Shown here in pieces: positions 28,828-41,084 of a stretch of DNA of 64,000 nt. The notes below the pieces were generated by a model. That model was given only the letters and a program-made list of their open reading frames with translations, made no database searches and was not told where the DNA came from. Position 1 is the first letter of the stretch. Every line of letters begins with the position of its first letter. A program made the position numbers and the translations under genes. The stretch comes from Eledone cirrhosa (lineage: Eukaryota), in NCBI GenBank assembly GCA_964016885.1, contig OZ024748.1:14694001-14758000 (forward strand), given 5' to 3'.

Positions 28828-29194
28828 CCCTTTAGACTTTAAACCAGCCAGAATTCTCTCACCTCTTTTTGTTCAAACCGTCTATAACTATCCACCTGTA
28901 CTTATGTTAAGGTGTTGTTCTCCAAATAAATAATATCAATATCTAGTAAATTTGATATAATTGTTTCTACTTTTGGCACAAGGCCAGCAATTAATCCAGT
29001 GTATTACTGGTACTTTATTTTATCGACCCCGTAAAGATGAAAGGCAAAGTTAACCTGGGTGAGATTTGAACTCAGATCATAAAGGGCCATAACTCTTTGC
29101 TGCAAAGCATAGAGTAAATTTGATATAATGTGAGATAATTATGAGAGGTAAAACCTTTATTGGGAAAATATAGAGTAATGTATATGCTAAAGGG
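28828..29194. mobile_element. piggyBac-type MITE (TTAA|CCCTTTAG ... CTAAAGGG|TTAA) with a nested SINE
   Basis: TTAA at 28824-27 and 29195-98, with CCC/GGG termini. Confidence 0.7.
28961..29112 (-). mobile_element. 5'-truncated family-1 SINE with ~17-bp target-site duplication
   Basis: AGTAAATTTGATATAAT is present on both sides (~28945 and ~29113). Confidence 0.85.
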
Positions 29195-30003
29195 TTAATG
29201 ACATAACCATATCTGCACCCAGACATTGGTGTTAGCAGGGGCTATAGAAGAAAAAAGTCACCCAGTGGGACTGAATCCCAAACTACATCTTTCAGAAGTG
29301 AACTCACACAGCCATGCTCCTCCTGTCCACTCACAAGGCATTGGTCAGCCCAGGACTATGGTAGAAGACTCATGCCAAATAGGCCACAATGGAACTGAAC
29401 CCAGACATACATGACAATGAAGTAAACACCATGTATATGTCGGTGTCTGTTTACAAGCTCTGATCTGCGTCACTTTCCAAAGGTTAATGTTAGTTCAGAT
29501 GAAATTTAGCCAACTTGCTTTCTCATTTCAGGTCATACAATGTCACATTCAATGTATTTTACATTCAATTTCCCATCTCATATTAAACCTGATCGATTCC
29601 ATTCGATTAATCTTAGCATCTAAAATTACATTAAAGCAGTTTTTTAAATAAAAAAATATATAAATATATATATACATTTATTTTTAGAAATTCTCTGATG
29701 CCTACTAATGTAAAGTTATATATATATATATATATATATATTACATAGATACATATGTCTTCTTATTCTGCAATACTTTCAAATTGTATGTGTGTGTGTG
29801 TATGTACATATATATATACATATATATTTAGCCATAGAACCATACACTAGCGCATACCATCATTGTTATATTTTTACAAATATCTGTGTGGTATATACAA
29901 ATCTTCAAATTGTAAACATATGTGTGTATCAGTAGTAAAATGCATTTACCTATATAACACTACAAATGACATTGTCTACACACACACACACACACATATA
30001 TAT

Positions 30004-30046
<43 letters not shown>

Positions 30047-30329
30047 TATATATAGAGAGTTGTATGCATATATATATATATATACACACATTCACATATA
30101 TACATATATACATATGCATATATATACACACACCCACACATATGTATATATACACACACACACTCTCTCTCTTTCACTGATTTATTCATAGAATTATTGA
30201 ATTCATAGTTTACCCAATCTCACTTTATTCTTCATATCTTGAAACTACTTTCAAATTATGATGAGCAATTTTTTTCCTATGAACTCTCATTTTCCTCCCC
30301 CTTTGGTGTGACTCCTATATGATAACTAG

Positions 30330-30600
30330 TAATACAAGAAACAAATAAATGTACAGATACTGCCACAATATGCACAACTTATTTCCCTAGTTGTGACTAT
30401 GTTTAGTAAAGTCCTACAAGATACAAATAGATGTATAGATAGTATCACAATTTTCACAATTCATTTCTCTACATGTAACTGTATTTTTAATAAAGTCCTA
30501 AGACATACAAATAGATGTATAGATAATGTCATACTATTCACGACATATTTCCCCACATGTGACTGTATTTTTCATAAAGTCCTATAAGAAACAACTAAGT
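30330..30600 (+). repeat. ~90-bp diverged tandem repeat, ~3 copies
   Basis: TAAAGTCCTA..AGA.A.ACAAATAGATGTATAGATA...CACATGTGACTGTATTTT recurs. Confidence 0.7.
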
Positions 30601-31072
30601 AAATGCTTTCATTATCATAATTCTAAAGAAGGACACTGCCTATGATTTTCAAATCATTTAAAAAGTAATCAAGAATTAGTGATGATTTAGCAACCTTCAC
30701 TAGCAGGGAGAATATACATGAATTTATAGTACACACACACTCACAAAAACGCCCAGTCCACACTGATCGTGTAGGTGTCATGACAAAAATAACCCTTGTA
30801 CTCACTGTAAATGAGGTTGATGCTAGGAAGGGTATCCAGCTGTAGAAACCAAGCAAAGATCGGTTCTGTATGAGCAATATTTTAGTCACCTGATGTGGCA
30901 TTGCTCACAACAGGATAACTTGTCTAACCCATGCCCGTGTGGAAACATGAACGTTAAAGGGTGATGATGATGATATATACATATGTATGTACATAATTCA
31001 CAGCTTGAATTTTAAAAATCACAAATTTGGTTGATTGGGGCTGATCTGGGGCTGCACAACAACACGTCTTAT

Positions 31073-31280
31073 GTTTTCTAATTTAGACCCAAGACCAACA
31101 ATCTTGGCAGGGGAAAGTCAATTAAGTCAACCCCAGTGCATTACTGATACTTTATTTTATTAACCCCATAAGGATGAAAGGTAAAGCTAACCTCAGCAAT
31201 ATGTGAACTCAGAATGTAATGAACATTATATGTTGCAAAGCATATTGTTCAATACTCTATCAATACTGTGAATCCAACAC
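31073..31280 (-). mobile_element. Family-1 SINE, diverged
   Basis: CCCCAGTGCATTACTGATACTTTATTTTATTAACCCCATAAGGATGAAAGG core. Confidence 0.75.
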
Positions 31281-32140
31281 CATCAACAACAACACCAATA
31301 ATAATAATAAGAATATTGAGTACTTATTTACCTTTTAGTATTAGAGAGTCATTGTGACATTTACTAACTATCCCCCACCTGAAGACATCCACTAAGAAGC
31401 ACGAACATTTTTACAGTATAAATTTAACAGAGTATAAACTGTGCTTCAGACATCTTTACACACCAACAACAACAGCAACAACAGAAACACCAAGAACAGA
31501 AACAACAGCAACAACAAAAACACCAAGAGCAACAGAAACAGAAACAATAGCATCACTGCCAACAACAACAGGAATAAATAATGCTACAGCCTCAACGTAG
31601 GTAAGAGAACCCCTAACGAGATTAATTATATTCTGAAGGCTAATTATCATCATCATCAATGTTATGATATTATACACAAGGTAGTTAATGAGAGAAAATT
31701 GTACTGAATCAGCAAAATCATAATTTGATTTCACAAATAAAAAGTTTTTTTTTTTCTGAATTATCAAAATAGATGGAATAAAACAACAACAGTTACAGAC
31801 ACTAACAGTCAGAAATAAGTACTGTCTTTATTTCTTTTATCAGTGTCAGCAGTGTAGTCCATGTGATTGGCTGCAAGGAGGGTATCAATTTATTGAACAC
31901 CTAAAGGACACCTTTATCATCCTGACAAGCTAATTAACCCAACTACAAAAGAAACCAACACCATGAAGAATACTCCAAGCAACTGAACTAACACAAACAG
32001 TGACAATTGCTGATTTAGTTCTTTTGTATTCCAAAATATAACAAAGAGAAGGGGAGGGGCAGTTGTTGTTAATATTTTAATTACATAACTAATTAATATT
32101 GAGGAAATTTAATACATTTTTATAGTAAATTATGTCTGTG

Positions 32141-32173
<33 letters not shown>

Positions 32174-32174
32174 T

Positions 32175-32320
32175 CCCAAGTTGCGCTGGCGGGTAACTGC
32201 AGTTATAAAGGGTACTCAATTTCTTGGTAGATTATAGGCATCTTCATATACAGAAATGATTTTACAGGACTAGAACTGATGATTTCTTATGAATGAAACA
32301 GTTCTAGTCCTGTAAAAGTA
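32175..32320. mobile_element. Fold-back island whose loop is a hammerhead core
   Basis: 19-bp arms TTTTACAGGACTAGAACTG / CAGTTCTAGTCCTGTAAAA. The plus strand reads CTGATGA-TTTCTTATGAAT-GAAA-CAGTTCTAGTCCTG-TA (32276-32314), with the 5' strand of stem I replaced by the inverted arm. Confidence 0.72.
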
Positions 32321-34223
32321 ATCTCTCTCTCTCTCTCTCTCTCTTTGTATATATATATATATATATACACCCCCGTCCAAACCCATGCAAGCGTGGAACA
32401 CGGGACGTTAAACGTTGATGATGATGATGATGATGATACAGATCAGAGCAAACAACACGGACGCTCTATCTCAAAATTATTTTTGAAAAGCATTTAGAAA
32501 TGCGCAACCTGTAAAAACTTAAAAACTTAAAACCACAACTGAATACTAACCCATACAATTACTAATACTCTTTTATTCCTAATTAAACCATTTTTCAACT
32601 GTGAACAATTTGTCAGCATTTTCTATTCCGTTTACCAATATATATATATATATATATAATGTCTACCCACTGACTGAAAACAGTTTTCTCCAAACGGTTG
32701 ATTTCAGAGAGAAACATTAGAATATATAACATCATCATTATCACCATTTTACATCTGCTTTCCATGCTGGCATGGGTTGGACGGGTTATCATGGTCTGTG
32801 ACTAGACATTGTAAGACAATCACATTTTGCTCATGCATTTCATATTCATCATGGCTTCTACAGCTAGGTGCCTTTCCTAATGCCAACCGCATTACAGAGT
32901 GTACCAGGTGTGATTTAGCATATCACCAACAATACAAACCAATGACAACTTTCAATTTCCATAAGAGAATATTCTCCTATATATTTATTTTCTTGTCTGT
33001 CCCACCTTATATTACCCACTAACCCCAATACATACACACCTACATTGACCAGGATAACCAGAACTCAATACCATAGTTGTATGCAGTATTTTATTAAAGA
33101 TGAGCTAATAGCCTAGCCTGTTCAGATAATATGGTACGGTCATGTAACTCCTGAGGGAGCTGTAGTAGTGCCAAATTGACATACAGCATTTCTTAGGGCA
33201 TTTTTTAAAAACCTAGCAGAGCCTATCCCCTCTCCAGGCCTGAGTACACCAGATTTCCTCCAGAGAAGGATAGAGAGTGAAAGAAAGTAAGAAAGAGTTA
33301 TAGAAGCAAATCTAGCTCAGTACTAGACTGATACCTTTTTAGTGACCTTGAATGGATGAAAGGCAAAGTTGCCCTCGTTAGATAAATAAAAACACATTAA
33401 AATATACATGTTCTATTATAGAGCCAGCACCAGTTTCAGATAGTTTGGTATCAAAAAGATTAAATAATAGAATAGAGATGTAATGTTCGTTTATGTGATC
33501 GTAATATAGTAGGTGTTGATGACCTAAATCAGCTAATGAAGAACAGTGTGTCTTCATTAGTCTTTGCACACATTATACCTGAAATTATAACACTGAAAAT
33601 TAATTGGAATAAAAAAAAAAATAAAACAGATCGTAATTGAGTTTGCCAATGATTGTTCCAATTGTTTAATCACTGGAACTGTGGGCTCATTAAATGGATA
33701 CATAAAGTGGCTGAGTATTCCACAGATATATGCACCCTTAAGTTAATTCTCAGAGATGTTATACTTGAAGTTACAGAAGACAATCCCAGAAGCGTCCGAA
33801 CAATTTCTGATTACAGAACCAATTTCACACACAAGTATTGAGTCAATCCGAAGCTATGAGAAATGAGACTTGCCCAAGATGTCAAGCATTGGGATCAAAC
33901 CAAGGAATCTATGATTGTGAAGCAAACTTCTTAAGCATTTGGTCATATTATCTTCACATATACATAAGTAGTCCATTTTATATACACATAAAATGTAGGG
34001 CATACAGTTTCAAAGAATGCATAATATATATATATATATGTGTATACACACACACACACACACATGCACACATACATACACACATTGCTATGCCAGCATA
34101 AATCAATATATGCATAGATTTAATGAAATGTGTGTTTAAAGTGTTTGCGCATAATTTTATAGCACTCGTTATATAAATACACACACTATCACACGTACAT
34201 GTAATACATATATATATATATAA

Positions 34224-34338
<115 letters not shown>

Positions 34339-34816
34339 CACACATATATATATATATATATACACATATATGTATATTATTACTGCATATATGTTTGTAT
34401 GTGTATGTATACATATTCTTCATCATCATCATCATCATCATCATCATTTTACGTCCGCTTTTCCCTGCTTGCAAGGGTGGGACTACATACATACACATAC
34501 ATACACACACGTATACATAATCAATTTAATTGTGGATAAGCAAGTAAGATCCAACATAATGTGCCTAATGTTTCTAATGTAGAACAAAGAATTAGGCTTT
34601 TTTTTTACCAAAGAGAGATACACACAATCACACCACATCTAAGTAAGCCAAGGATCCCTCTCTCTCGCTTAATCTCACTCTCCCTCCACTTAATCTCTCT
34701 CTACATCTTCCAGTTGAGAGAAACTGTTGTTTCACACTCTGATGTGAAGAATTACATTACATAGCTACTAAAAACTGAGACATTAAACATTGATTTTTCC
34801 CCATCTCTTCCTCTTC

Positions 34817-35110
34817 TTTGCTCTACATCTCTCATCTCTAGTCTTTCCCTTCCTGTTTATCCACCTATCTCTCTCTGTATGTATATATATGTGCATATAT
34901 ATGTGTGTGTGTATATATATACTTACATATATGTATAACTATATATCTATACCTATTTATCTATCTATATATTTTGCTCTACATCTCTCATCTCTAGTCT
35001 GTCTTTCCCTTCCTGTTTATCTACCTATCTCTCTCTGTATGTATATATATATATGTGTGTGTGTATATATATATATATATACTTACATATATGTATAACT
35101 ATATATCTAA
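34817..35110 (+). repeat. ~156-bp tandem duplication
   Basis: TTTGCTCTACATCTCTCATCTCTAGTC...ACTTACATATATGTATAACTATATATCT occurs twice. Confidence 0.85.
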
Positions 35111-36410
35111 CTGTATATCTAGCTATCTATATCTATATGTGTACTAATAATTATTCATATCTATCTATCAATCTCTCTCTATATATATTATATATATCTA
35201 TATATGTACTCATATCTATTTATATCTACCTCTATAAAGCTATTCATATGCACCAATAGACAAATATAAATAGATAACTAGATATATAGATATAGGTATA
35301 TAAACAGATACCTATAGCTATCTAGATTTATCTACTGTGTGTCTCCAGTTGGCATCAGAAGGGGTATCTGACTGTGAAACATTGGAAAAAAAAGAAGAAA
35401 AAAAGATAGAATCTCAGAAAATAAGAAGCATTAAGGCTAAATCTTGCATCATTAGAAGGAAAATAGCCTTAAAACACTTTCATCATATTCATCTATCTGT
35501 ATTTATTTATATCTATCTATATCGCTGTATCCATATCTATATTTATTTATCCATATCTATATTTATTTACCCATATCTATATTTATCTATCCATAACATC
35601 ATCAAAATCATTTTACATTTGCTTTGCCATGTTAACAGTTGTTGAAAGCCCATTACACACCAAATATGTACATAATGAAAATCACTGTCCACCTACACTG
35701 GCTTCATATCTCAGAAATTCTCAGATAGTCAAGCAGGGGAAACAAATGCTTCCTACCTTGTCTGAGGATTGTCTAAAGTCAGTGATATGTATTCTGAATG
35801 CTATAAGCAGGAAATATAACGCTGTAATTACATACACACATGCATGTGTATGTATACTTGTATGTCTATATAATTGTATATATATATTCTAGGAGAAGGA
35901 AAACTCTGATATAACACCTGCAACCCTGATGGTATCCAATGATGTTGACTTGTTCTTCTTTTTGGTAAATATCATCTTGGTTAAGAGAGTGGGACTGGCT
36001 TTGTGCAGTGCCTTTGCTCACGGCACAGGCATTGCTTTATATCCGGAGATCTCTCTGCACTTGTCGTCACATGGTACCATGGGCCCAGCACTATGTCAAT
36101 AATAGTCACAAGTGTAGTGTTTGTACTAGAGTTTTCAAGTCGCTGGTTGGACTAAAAAGTCACACTCATTCAGCGCATCGGTAGGGGTTCTCCTACATGG
36201 ATATAAAGTAGTGGCCGTACTCGAAAACGAGCTGGCAGCCACCATGTATATATATATAATAATAAGGCTTGACAGACCCAGCATATTTATCAATGCCAGT
36301 ACTGGTTGTATCTCAGTGCACTCAATGGGCAATGTAAAATACATTACCAGATGATACACATAGTTATTTGCCTCAACACAACACACGTAAATCGGGTGCC
36401 TATAAGGTTC

Positions 36411-36510
36411 CCGGACTCGAGTTTCTGCCACACTAATGCAGCAGTAAGGTGAACTGCACCATCTGTCTGCATATATTATGCACAATCGGCTTATGCGGCT
36501 TCATCAGCGG
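36411..36510 (-). ncRNA. Type I hammerhead ribozyme motif with large branched stem II
   Basis: Minus strand: CCG-CTGATGA-A-GCCGCA..(internal hairpins)..TGTGGC-A-GAAA-CTCGAG-TC-CGG; intact core, palindromic stem III, GUC triplet. Stem I is only 3 bp by eye. Confidence 0.72.
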
Positions 36511-36623
36511 CTATCGCCTAAACAATAACCAATCAATCGACAGAATCCAAACACCGGCCCGCGCCAGTCATGACTGTTTGTGACAACCGACACGGTAAAG
36601 CGATTAGCAACTGGCAACCGATA

Positions 36624-36676
<53 letters not shown>

Positions 36677-36690
36677 GTGTGTATATATAG

Positions 36691-36741
36691 GGCTTCCTGA
36701 TGATTGCTCCCAAATGAAACAGTTCTAGTCATGTAGAAGCC
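36691..36741 (+). ncRNA. Type I hammerhead ribozyme motif
   Basis: GGCTTC-CTGATGA-TTGCTCCCAAAT-GAAA-CAGTTCTAGTCATG-TA-GAAGCC: perfect 6-bp stem I and intact core; stems II and III are weak. Confidence 0.72.
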
Positions 36742-37001
36742 ATTTCTATATTAAATATGTGCTATGTATTAAGTACCTTTCTTACTGTGGTTACCCCCGA
36801 TCGAACCCGGGATACATTGTGGTTTGATGCATTACTGATTCCTCGTTCTTTATACTATATATATATATATCTGGGAGATATATGGTTCAATTCAACCGGC
36901 TGATGGAAACTTCTTTTTCCCTCTTTTAAGGGTCTTCACCATTATTTATAAGTTATGTTATAGCATCTCTATGCTTGAGTACATAATCCTTTATACATAT
37001 A

Positions 37002-37148
37002 TTTATCATTTTACGATCGTTTCTAGGATATATGTGTGTGTGTTGGTATCTATATCATATAGATCTATCTAAAAATTTTACATAGATCTATATGATATAC
37101 ATACCAACACACACATATATATCCTAGAAACAATCGTAAAATGATGAA
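37002..37148. mobile_element. Fold-back island with hammerhead 3' half
   Basis: ~67-bp imperfect arms (37002-37068 / 37082-37148). They read GAAA-CGATCG-TA-AAATGA (minus) and GAAA-CAATCG-TA-AAATGA (plus). No intact CUGANGA. Confidence 0.7.
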
Positions 37149-37326
37149 TTTTTAATATAAGGAACTGTTTGTTTTTATTCATTATTTTTTATTACTTATC
37201 TTGACTCTGTTTTCCTGTGTTTTTCATCGAAAAAATGTTGAATACATCTTCTCTTTTCATGATATTTGGATTACATTGAGTTCTTCGTACGGATTAGACA
37301 CTACCGTATATTTTGGTAGATTTATC

Positions 37327-37378
<52 letters not shown>

Positions 37379-37730
37379 CACACACTATGTGCACAAATGC
37401 TATTGGCATAAGATATCAACCTAGGAAGAATTGTGAAATACTTTTTGTTTTTTTGACTCCTATTGAAGCTGGCTTTTTGTTAAGAAAATTACATGTCAAC
37501 ATTTTTGACTATATTTTTATTAATGTATTTTATTGTGAATTTTATATTATACTTCTTTCACACATACATACACTCTCAAACTCATGAATGTGTGAAATAT
37601 ATGTGAAAAATATCACAGGAAGACCCATGCATATATACGTGTCTGTGTGCATTATTATTATATAGATTCTAATTCCTTTAAGTATAGAGCATACAGTTCA
37701 ATAATGGTCTTAATGAGTAACCTTTCATTC

Positions 37731-37774
<44 letters not shown>

Positions 37775-37905
37775 GTGAGGTTTTTTTTACAAAATGAAAA
37801 ATAACAGAGGTGTCCTACACGAGTGAAAGTATAAAGAAAAAGAGATGAAATCGAAAATGCAACTGGAGTCTTATTTTTTTTAAAAATATATATATTTATT
37901 TGGTT

Positions 37906-37943
37906 CCTTTACCGGTTTCGCAGTTCTTCTGCTTTTCAAAAGG
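37906..37943 (-). ncRNA. Minimal hammerhead ribozyme motif with U3:A8 core variant
   Basis: Minus strand: CCTT-TTGAAAA-GCAG aagaa CTGC-GAAA-CCGG-TA-AAGG. Confidence 0.72.
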
Positions 37944-38080
37944 TGAGTTAAGATGGAGGGTCTGTTATATATATATATATATATATTTATTAAAATAACA
38001 GATTAAAGTTTATTATTATTACTATATATATATTTATTCAGATAGGGAAAGAGAAAGATAGAAACATACTATATATATAT

Positions 38081-38275
38081 AAAAAAGGAATTGTGGTAAG
38101 GAACCAGATGGACCATAACGCACCAGAGTACTCAATACTTAGGGTAGTAGAGTGTGAAATATGAACAAGTATGACCCCGACGGCAGAGCTCAAGCCTTTT
38201 CTATGGCTATTACAGTCCAGAAATAGCCGTCGAAGCGGCTTGAGCTCTGCCGTCGGGGTCATACTTTTTCCTATT
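38081..38275. mobile_element. Fold-back element E, copy 2
   Basis: Homologous to 14345-14543 with the same tail side and fold position. Arms ~38158-38211 / 38222-38275. Flanked at short distance by the 30-bp direct repeat ATTCAGATAGGGAA.GAGAAAGATAGAAAC (38036, 38290). Confidence 0.8.
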
Positions 38276-38320
38276 ATATATATATATATATTCAGATAGG
38301 GAACGAGAAAGATAGAAACT

Positions 38321-38352
<32 letters not shown>

Positions 38353-38474
38353 GTGTTACGTTGAGTGCTTTTGTTACTATTGTATCAGGGTTAAGTATAC
38401 GAAATGACCTGTTCTATCCAATGGTGAACCACCAATTTCAATGAATATATAAATAAATATCCACTTCTGCTTTT

Positions 38475-38550
38475 ACAGATTGACTTTGTTAGTTTCAGAA
38501 GATCCCGTTAAGGGTGAAAGCAGCGATTCTTTGCTTAAACTTTAATCTGT
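38475..38550 (+). ncRNA. Hammerhead ribozyme motif, family F, with one core substitution
   Basis: ACAGATT..AGTTT-CAGAAGA-T CCC gttaa GGG T-GAAA-GCA gcgattctt TGC-TT-AAACT..AATCTGT. The core reads CAGA instead of CUGA; stem I is extended past an internal loop. Confidence 0.62.
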
Positions 38551-38650
38551 TATTTTAATAAATATTTGCTCTACGGTTCTTATATATTTGATATATATTT
38601 ATCCTTATCGAGCCCTCATTGGATTTTAGTCTTCAAATTTATTATTATTA

Positions 38651-38702
<52 letters not shown>

Positions 38703-39049
38703 ACAAACATGCACACGTATAGCTCTATATACAAAATGGGTTTTTTCCATTTCATGTAAACGCACTCCATCATCCACTTTTCTAAAAATGTATATCATCA
38801 CAAAACACCAGAATCAACTGTTTTCCAAGAGATGGCAACATGAATGGACCTCTTATTTTTCTCTAAAAACATTTTTTCTGATTCCGTCCATCCTTTCAAT
38901 ATTTCTAATTTGTCATTCATTCTTCTGATGAAGGACTAGCATCTGAAAGGTTATGACCCTCTTCCTGCTATTTCAAGCGATAACCTAATATATTTCTTCC
39001 ATATACTGATTGTGCTGTCATTTCTGTTTACCTTTTATGTACATACATA

Positions 39050-39330
39050 TCATCATCATCATTTTATGTCCGCTTTTCCCTGCTTGCAAGAGTGGGACAG
39101 GTCCTATTCAGCACAGCATCTCTCCACTTGTCACGGTCCTTCGTCATCTTCTCCGTGAGCTTCAGCGATCCGAGGTCTGCTCTCACCACCTCCACCCATG
39201 TTTTTTGTGGTCTTCCTCTACTGCGTCTTCCTTTTACTGGGATTTCTTGGCACTTCTTTACTCAGTGGTCATCCTCCATGCACATCACATGTCCATACCA
39301 TCTCAGTCTTCTCTCCCACACACCACAACT
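39050..39330 (-). mobile_element. RTE-clade LINE 3' fragment
   Basis: Reverse complement matches ~57365-57640. Confidence 0.88.
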
Positions 39331-39496
39331 TATATATATGTGTGTGTGTGTGTGTTGTTGCATCATGATGTTTTGTGAAGTCAAATTAGTTGTTCTATAG
39401 TTATACATATTACTGAAACTGTACTAAAGGTTAAAGTAACATGAGAGGAATATTTGGCACAATTATAATAGAAACTATTTCATAAGAGAGGAATTA

Positions 39497-39945
39497 GGTG
39501 TGGTGTGGTGTAGTGTTGTGTGGTATAGTGCTGTGTTGTATGATGTGGTGGTGTGGTGTGGTTTGGTGTTGTGTGAAGTAGTGTTGTATGTTGTGCAGTG
39601 CTGTGTTGTGTTGTGCAGTGTTGTGCTGTGTGGTGTGGTGTTGTATTGTGTGGTGTTGTATTGTGCAGTGTGTATTGTGCAGTGTTGTGTGGTGTGGTGT
39701 TGTGTTGTGTTGTGCAGTATTGTGGGGTATGGAGTGCAGTGTTGTGTGGTGTGGTGTGTTGTGCAGTGTTGTGTGGTGTGGTGTTGTGTTGTGTTGTGCA
39801 GTATTGTGGGGTGTGGTGTGCAGTGTTGTGTGGTGTGGTGTGTTGTGCAGTGTTGTGTGGTGTGGTATTGTGTTGTGCAATGTTGTGCTGCGTGATGTGG
39901 TGTTGTGCAGTGTTGTGGTGTTGTATTGTGTTATGCAGTGTGGTG
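39497..39945. repeat. Pentamer satellite (TGTGG/TGTGT/GCAGT)n
   Basis: Direct reading. Confidence 0.92.
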
Positions 39946-40881
39946 ATTTAGTAAAGCTAATTTTTAAATGATTGGTGCCTTTCTTAGTCTTTGTTCATTT
40001 TTTCGGAGAGGAACAGAAGGAAGGGCGGAGGTTGTATATCCTTTTGCTGGTTTCAGGCATTAGACTGCGACCATGATGCAGCACAGCTCTACATATCATA
40101 CATAGTTCTTTATCAATCCTTTTTTTCTCAAACTGCTCAATTATGAGACATAAACACTCACATACAAATGTAAAAATACGCACACACACAAATATACACA
40201 CACATACATATATACACATGCACAAACACACACATACACACACTCATACATACATATAACAGGCATATGCAGTTTCTGCTATCAAATTTTATTGACAAGG
40301 AATTGGTTAATCCAAAGTTATAAAAGAATACACAGAAAGGTGCCACAGAATGGGACTGAGCCCAGAACCACGTGGTTTCAAATTAAACTATTTAAGCACA
40401 CAGAAACATACCTTGCTTGTGTGGGGGGGCTTTTTTTTGGGGGGGAGGGTTTCATTAATTATTTTTCTGCTGTTGTTTTTTGTGTGTTTTTTTAATTATT
40501 ACTAACTATACAGTAGACATGTTGGAGTCTGATTTAATTTGTATATAACCTCCCAGAGTGCAAAAGCAGCCATTTTGAAGAAGGACGAAGGGTAGGGGTG
40601 AGCGAGGAGAGGGGGCGAGTGAGAGTAGAGGGTGAAAACAAAACAAAACAAAACGAAAAACAAACACAAAGTAATGTTATAAAGTGTAATATATAGTAGG
40701 TAGATAGGATGGGAGGTAGAAGGATGGAAAGCTAAGTTAGAAAATGGGTAGTGTGATATGTGTGAGGGAGAGAGGTAAAGATGCAGAAGGGCCAAGATAT
40801 TTGTGTGGGAGGAAAAGACAGAATGAAAGTCGTTCTTCAGGAGTTATATCAAAAACAATATTAATAATAGTAATAATAATA

Positions 40882-41070
40882 ATTGTTTCTACTTTAGGCA
40901 CAAGGCCAGAAATTACCTAGTACATTACTGGTACTTTATTTTATCGACCCCGGAAGGATGAAAGGCAAAGTTAACCTCGGCGGGATTTGAACTCAGACTG
41001 TAAAGGGACGTAACTATGCTAGAAAGCATGGTGTCCGACCCTCTACCGATACTGCCAATTCACCGCCCTT
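40882..41070 (-). mobile_element. Full-length family-1 SINE
   Basis: GGGCGGTGAATTGGCAGTATCGGTAGAG head, GAGTTCAAATCCC B box, (ATT)n tail. Confidence 0.87.
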
Positions 41071-41084
41071 CGTAATAATAATAA

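Noticed and set aside
40566-40577. YY1-like motif GCAGCCATTTTG / possible minus-strand start CAAAATGGCTGC
   Set aside because: A single short motif; the downstream frame closes after 23 codons with no good donor.
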